DNA of 41,906 bases. It comes from Chiloscyllium plagiosum. Taxonomy: Eukaryota. Of the stretch, positions 36,481 through 41,906 are shown one piece after another. The position numbers and the translations under genes are program-made. The DNA is taken from positions 60,984,073 to 61,025,978 of the forward strand of contig NC_057718.1 in assembly GCF_004010195.1 (NCBI RefSeq), given 5' to 3'. The stretch's first letter is position 1. Each line of letters starts with the position of its first letter. Below the pieces are notes generated by a model. That model was given only the letters and a program-made list of their open reading frames with translations, was not told the DNA's origin and did not search any database.

Positions 36481-36690
36481 GAGAAAGTGAGGACTGCAGA
36501 TGCTGGAGATCAGAGCTGAAAATGTGTTGCTAGAAAAGCGCAGCAGGTCAGGCAGCATCCAAGGAACAGGAGAATCGACGTTTCGGGCATAAGCTCTTCC
36601 TGAAGAAGGGCTTATTTCCCGAAACGTCGATTCTCCTGTTCCTTGGATGCTGCCTGACCTGCTGCGCTTTTCCAGCAACACATTTTCAGC
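36481..36690. mobile_element. Miniature inverted family B insertion (near-perfect hairpin)
   Basis: 15-bp TSD ttctacatgtggtag at 36466-36480 and 36691-36705. Arms ~36515-36594 and ~36610-36690. Plus-strand hammerhead core CTGAAGA-A-GGG(CTTATTT)CCC-GAAACGTC at 36600-36628. Confidence 0.95.
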
Positions 36691-36974
36691 TTCTACATGT
36701 GGTAGTCTCACAAACTTATTCTTTCAAAATGTAGTCATAACTAAATTCATACATTCATTGCTTATATTAGTAGAATCATCTAAGCTATGTTAAACATATA
36801 GAATACTAAAACATGAAACTGCATAGGCTTGAGGACAGTATAAAGCTGCCCTACAGTGCAAATCAAACTCATCTGGGGATTAATATGTTTCTATCTTTTT
36901 ATGCTTATGTGTGACTTCCTGTCCTGAGAGAATTGGCTGGCTGAGAAACTGCTAGTTGGGCATGTTGAAGAAGC

Positions 36975-36987
36975 TGACCTTTGACCT
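36975..36987. promoter_or_regulatory. Perfect DR1 nuclear-receptor element (candidate enhancer site)
   Basis: TGACCT-T-TGACCT in non-repeat sequence, with an ETS-like ACTTCCTG about 60 bp upstream. Function not shown. Confidence 0.35.
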
Positions 36988-39772
36988 ACACTTCTGCTTC
37001 CTTTGAGATGCAGTGCCCATCCCTTCTGCCCTTGGAACTGCACGAGACCTTTATGAGGGCTGCACCTCAGACTGTACCAAACTTGGTATCTATGCTACAT
37101 ATTGTTCATTTCAGAAAAATCTGAGTTGAAGCTGTTCAATTACCCAGCAGCTTTCAGTTTAACGTGTCCATATCTGTGATTGCCAAATGTGTTTACATTG
37201 GCTTGTTTCAGAATCCATCTGTGATGTCCAAGACATGCAATCCAAAATAACAATAATATGCAACATATATAACACCTTAAATATCATAAAACTATCTCAA
37301 AGGTACTTCATATCAGTTTAATCAAATAAGGATTTATTCCAAGTTAAATAGATAATATTAGGGTGGATGATTACAAGGCGTAGGTTGTGAGGACGCTGTT
37401 CAATGAGAGAGACATCTCATTCACAAGTTTTTTGAAAAATGTATATATTCTTTGAAGAAAAAATTCAGCAAGAGTAATAAATCTTCACAGATACCACTTT
37501 ATCATATTTGATAGAAGAAACTGGGTATGACCACGGTATGAAGTGGACCAAATTTAACTCAAAATCAAAGCAAGCTAATTTTTTCTCTGTCATACAGGAA
37601 GTTGTGACCATGATTCCAAGTACTTTGAAAGTAAGTCTTAAGTTAAAGAATAATCTAATTATCATCTTGTGACTATGGTTTACAAATCATAGTAAATTAA
37701 ATCTTACAAAACGTCCTATAAGGCTTTCAAGATGCTTCTGATTATCAATCATATGGATATAATTCTCTAAGAATTACTGAAAGAGCAAAATCTTAAGAGC
37801 AAGAGAAATATTTAGACCCTGAACACTGAAACAGAGGAAATGCTATTTCTAATGGAAAGAATATTTCCTAACATGATGAATGAGTATGAAAGAGAAACAT
37901 GGAGTACATTTTTCGTAATAGATTCAGGTTTAGTATGTGTTATTACCATAACAACAGCATCTAACCAATAGCATTTACAGCTCAACCACACGGGGTATGA
38001 CAAATACACCCTAAAAAAACAGTAATTTTTAAAAATAGCCAAGATCTACATGAAAACTTCCCAATAAAAGTCATTTTAATCAGTTTCACAGGTGAGACAT
38101 TGCCGAGCATCAAATTATGGGCAATGTACAAAATTATATCATTCAAACAGTGATTTAAATGACACCATTTTGCACATTTTCACATAATTATTTAAAGTAT
38201 TACTCGGTGAATCATAGGCTGTGTTCTAAGGATTAGAAATGCTTCTGTACCTGACCCAACCGTCAAACATTGTCTCAAATTGAAATTGTATGATATACAT
38301 TGTGTATAGTGTAAAGTCTACAACACCATTGAATCCAACATAGACCACATTAAAGTCTGCACTTTCAGTAAAATAATTGAATCTTTAGTAAAGAACATTC
38401 AAACCTAAGAAGTATTCGTCATGATATTGTTTTGGTGCACTCAATCACTACGAATATATTTTTAAATGAAATTAGTGTGTGTAAAGAACTGTAAATTGTT
38501 TGAAAATGTTAATTGCAATATATGAATTCTACAATGTTATTTATTTTAAAATTTAACAAAAGATTGTGCATCATTGACATGATTTGTTTCATAAGTAACT
38601 GCAGCAATCTGGTCCAAAGTGAATTAATATGGAGAAATTTAACTTTGCCAAATTTGAGCCATTTTAGCTATAAGTTCAGATTCAGTTTATTATTTCTGGC
38701 AAACACTCTTGTTTATTGGCCATAAATAAATGGAAATAGACCTTCTGAGGTCAAATGAGTGTTTAGAGTAGGTCACAAGGGGATCTGGAGAGTTGGCACC
38801 TGGGGTCTTATATCATGTTTGGTGATGCAAAGCCTCATGTGACCAAGAACTTCCTGACATTTGGACGGAATCTTGGCTTTGAGACAAATCTAGGTGATGT
38901 TAGCTGTCTGCAAAAGTCTACAATACCACAGAATCCATCAGAGACAGTGTTAAAGGCTGCAGTTTCAATAAAGAAATTCAATCTTTATTGGAGTATGTTT
39001 GAATCCCAAATTTAATTTTCATTACATTAGTTTTGTACACTAAACAACATATTTGTAAAGGAATTAAGTTGTGTAAAGGATAAACTGAATTTATATGATC
39101 CATGCCTTTTCAACTGAAACTGTTATGTTGTTGTTTATCACAAGTGAGGTTAATATTAGACAAAAGAAACTTCTGGAAAATATTAATACATGTTGAATGC
39201 TATTTTAACATGCATAAGGTCAATTTTTCAGGGACCACAGTGTTCATGCACTTGCTTAAAAGTCCTTCCTGCACTACCCCTCTCAGGAAGTTTGCATAAA
39301 TCCATTAACTATTATGCTACCAAATAAAATGAAACCCTGACACATTCCTCACCAAACAGCCTTCTTAAAAAATGGTTGAAGTCATAAGTTAAATGTATCT
39401 GTGATTTACAACACCAAATGGCTGCAACTTGCTGATCACTCTTACTGCCACTAAATGTTAACTACTCTCTGTTTCAGACTCCCTTGATTGGGATCATTGT
39501 GGGATACATAAGTGTTTGGACCCAAGCGCATATGAACAAAAGCACACATTGTTTGCCCTCCTGTGGTGAGTACTTTGATACTGTAACAAAACTTCAACAG
39601 CAAGTGTGACAGTGAGGGAGGGCAGCTGAAGCAGTCAAATGGATGTGCTCTGGGGAAAAATATTCTTTGGAGGAAGATGGGCACATGGAAAGAAGGAATA
39701 GAGAGACAAAGGACTCCTCAGCTCAGTGTCAACCACAGGCTTCATTCCATGTAAATAACCGAAATACTTACT

Positions 39773-40370
39773 GAGTCATAGAGTCTTGACGGCACAGAAA
39801 CAGACCCTTCAGTCCAACTAGTTCATGCCGACTGTGTTCTCAAACTAACCTAGCCCTGCCTGCTCATGAACTTATCCAAATGTCTTTGAAATGCTGTAAC
39901 TGTATCTGCATCCACCACTCCCTCAGGCAGTCTATTCCACACACTAACTACGCTCTATGTGAAAATGTTGCTGTTCATGTGTTTTTTTAAAACTTTCTTC
40001 TCACCTTAAAAATATGCCCCCTAGTTTTGAAGTCCCCACCCTAGAGGAAAGGGCCTTGTTACCCACCTTAGCTATAACCCTCATGATTTTATAAGATCAC
40101 CCCTTAACCCCCTACAATCCAAGTGCAAAAACGTCCTAACCTATCAAGCCTATTTTTATAACTCAAACCCACCATTTCTGGCAACATCCTGATAAATCTT
40201 CTCTAAACCCTCTCCAATTTAGTAATATCCTTCCCATAGCAGGGTTACCAAAACTGAAAACAGATCTCAAGAAGAGGTCTCACCAATATGCTGTACAACC
40301 TCAACAACTGTCCCTACTCCTACACTCAAAGCTCTGAGCAATGAGGGCAAGCATGTTAAATGCCTTCTTT
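39773..40370 (-). mobile_element. CR1 LINE 3' fragment
   Basis: gagtcatagagtc tail. Homologous to 18119-18745 and to the reverse complement of 8500-9270. Confidence 0.9.
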
Positions 40371-41158
40371 GTTTAACTTTAATTTCTCTGACCTGATGAC
40401 CATTGGAATAAAGAATCCCTGCTTAATGATCATTTGTGTGTTCAAATATCAAGTTATGATGCAATTTAAGATCATTCGATATAAAGTCGACTGAAGTAAA
40501 AGAATTCTGGAGAAGCCAAAGTGTTTATTCAAAATCTTTGAAGTTGTATTTTTACTCTGTTGTTGGCTGTGGTGGCATGATTTGGAATTCTGAATATGAA
40601 AACAGAACTCAGTTTGTAGCCTCACAATAATAGATCACCATAAAACAATTCGTTAACAGAAAGGCCAGTCAAAAGAAATGACTGTTATCGTTCAGGCAAA
40701 TACTCTGTGTAACCTTTGGTGAGGAGTTCAAAATTGGAATCTCCTGGTATCTACATGAGAAGATTGATTGCTGACCTTGTTTCAAAACATAATGTTTCAA
40801 TCATCACTTTGAAATGGCAAATTCAGGGCGATAGATTGCCCTTTCAAGGTGATGCTAGAAAAGCCTTCTTTCAAGGAGAGGCTCTTGAGTACACTTGCTA
40901 TATGAACGTCTTATCTGCCCATTTTCTCTATTTCCTTTCAACTCTCATGAAATGTTAGAATAAATCAGATAAAAGTCACTTAGCCCTGAAGCATATGAAT
41001 CTTTGGGTAATTCCAGAATTCCAGTGCACAACAGAATTCCTCAGAATATGGGAGATCATCAAGAGTGCCATTTTTCTAAAGGATCTAAAGAAAGGTGCAA
41101 TGTCTTTAACTGAGAAATGCAAAGAAAATACATTAAAAAAAACATTCACTGACGACAT

Positions 41159-41572
41159 TGAAGTGTAGTAGGAGCAGTCTGAGGCAGGGTAACAGCTACT
41201 CATAGACATGTACGGTTGCAATGGATTTGAAAAGGAAAATTGAAAGAAAAGATTTGTATTTATTTTGCAAACATTTATAGTTTCAGGATGCTACAAAGTG
41301 CTTTACAGCTGTGAAGTACTCTTTTAAAGCATGGTTTAAAAGCAAAGATTGAATAGGAGCCTGAATGAAGTGTAGTAGGAGCAGTCTGAGGCAGGGTAAC
41401 AGCTACTCATGGACATGTACGGTTGCAATGGATTTGAAAAGGAAAATTGAAAGAAAAGATTTGTATTTATTTTGCAAACATTTATAGTTTCAGGATGCTA
41501 CAAAGTGCTTTACAGCTGTGAAGTACTCTTTTAAAGCATGGTTTAAAAGCAAAGATTGAATAGGAGCCTGAA
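41159..41572 (+). repeat. Tandem duplication, 2 x 207 bp
   Basis: 41159-41365 and 41366-41572 differ at one base that I could find (catAgacatg vs catGgacatg). The unit starts and ends with TGAA. Confidence 0.95.
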
Positions 41573-41621
41573 AGAGACAGGACTAATCAGCAGGTTAGTG
41601 GGACTGGGAATGGGCAGGAAG

Positions 41622-41906
41622 TTCATAGAAACATAGAGATGTACAGCATGGAAACAGACCCTTTGGTCCAACTCTTTCATGCTGACCAGATATACCAAAC
41701 CAATTTAGTCTCACCCAACAGCACCGGGCCCATATCCCTCCAAACCCTTCCTATTCAGATACCCATTCAGATGTATTTTAAATGTTGCAATTGTACTAGC
41801 CTTCACCACTTCTTCTAGCAGCTCATTCCATACACGTGCTACTCTCTGCATGAAAAAGTTGCTCCTTAGGTCTCTTTTATATCTTTCCCCTCTCACCCTA
41901 AACCTA
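41622..41906 (-). mobile_element. CR1 (HER1-like) LINE 3' end, running off the window
   Basis: RGERYKRDLRSNFFMQRVARVWNEL plus a catagaaacatagag tail. Homologous to 18119-18400. Confidence 0.93.

Noticed and set aside
745..36690. Classifying the hairpin miniatures as DNA-transposon MITEs
   Set aside because: TSD length varies (7-15 bp), the arms are unequal, and the family B terminus is linked to a GIY-YIG ORF, which fits retrotransposition.
1..41906. CRISPR arrays, operons, prokaryotic defence systems or rRNA
   Set aside because: No regularly spaced repeat-spacer pattern or dense ORF structure. The sequence is vertebrate repeat-rich DNA.

Overview
This is eukaryotic, AT-rich, repeat-dense DNA, almost certainly from a shark (elasmobranch). 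That call is inferred from HE1-type V-SINEs, CR1/HER1-like LINEs and a SacSINE1-like DeuSINE. No intact, recognisable host gene is present, and nearly every ORF in the track is a transposon fragment or a chance ORF. The window holds CR1, RTE and RTE-X-like LINE fragments, a Gypsy-type solo LTR, a Gypsy integrase relic, two Harbinger Myb/SANT relics, two N-gaps and a 207-bp tandem duplication. The main signal is at least five families of Penelope-like element (PLE) insertions, from about 115-290 bp miniatures up to 2.8 kb. Most are inverted (hairpin) structures with 7-15 bp target-site duplications (TSDs). Each family carries a minimal type I hammerhead ribozyme motif: CUGANGA, one extra nucleotide, stem II, GAA, then a palindromic tetramer. 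Stem pairing is kept across families although the stem sequences differ. Also notable are a 44-bp perfect inverted duplication abutting a SINE 5' end, several nested insertions, a perfect DR1 nuclear-receptor site and low-confidence candidate host exons. All family assignments come from reading motifs by eye, not from database searches.
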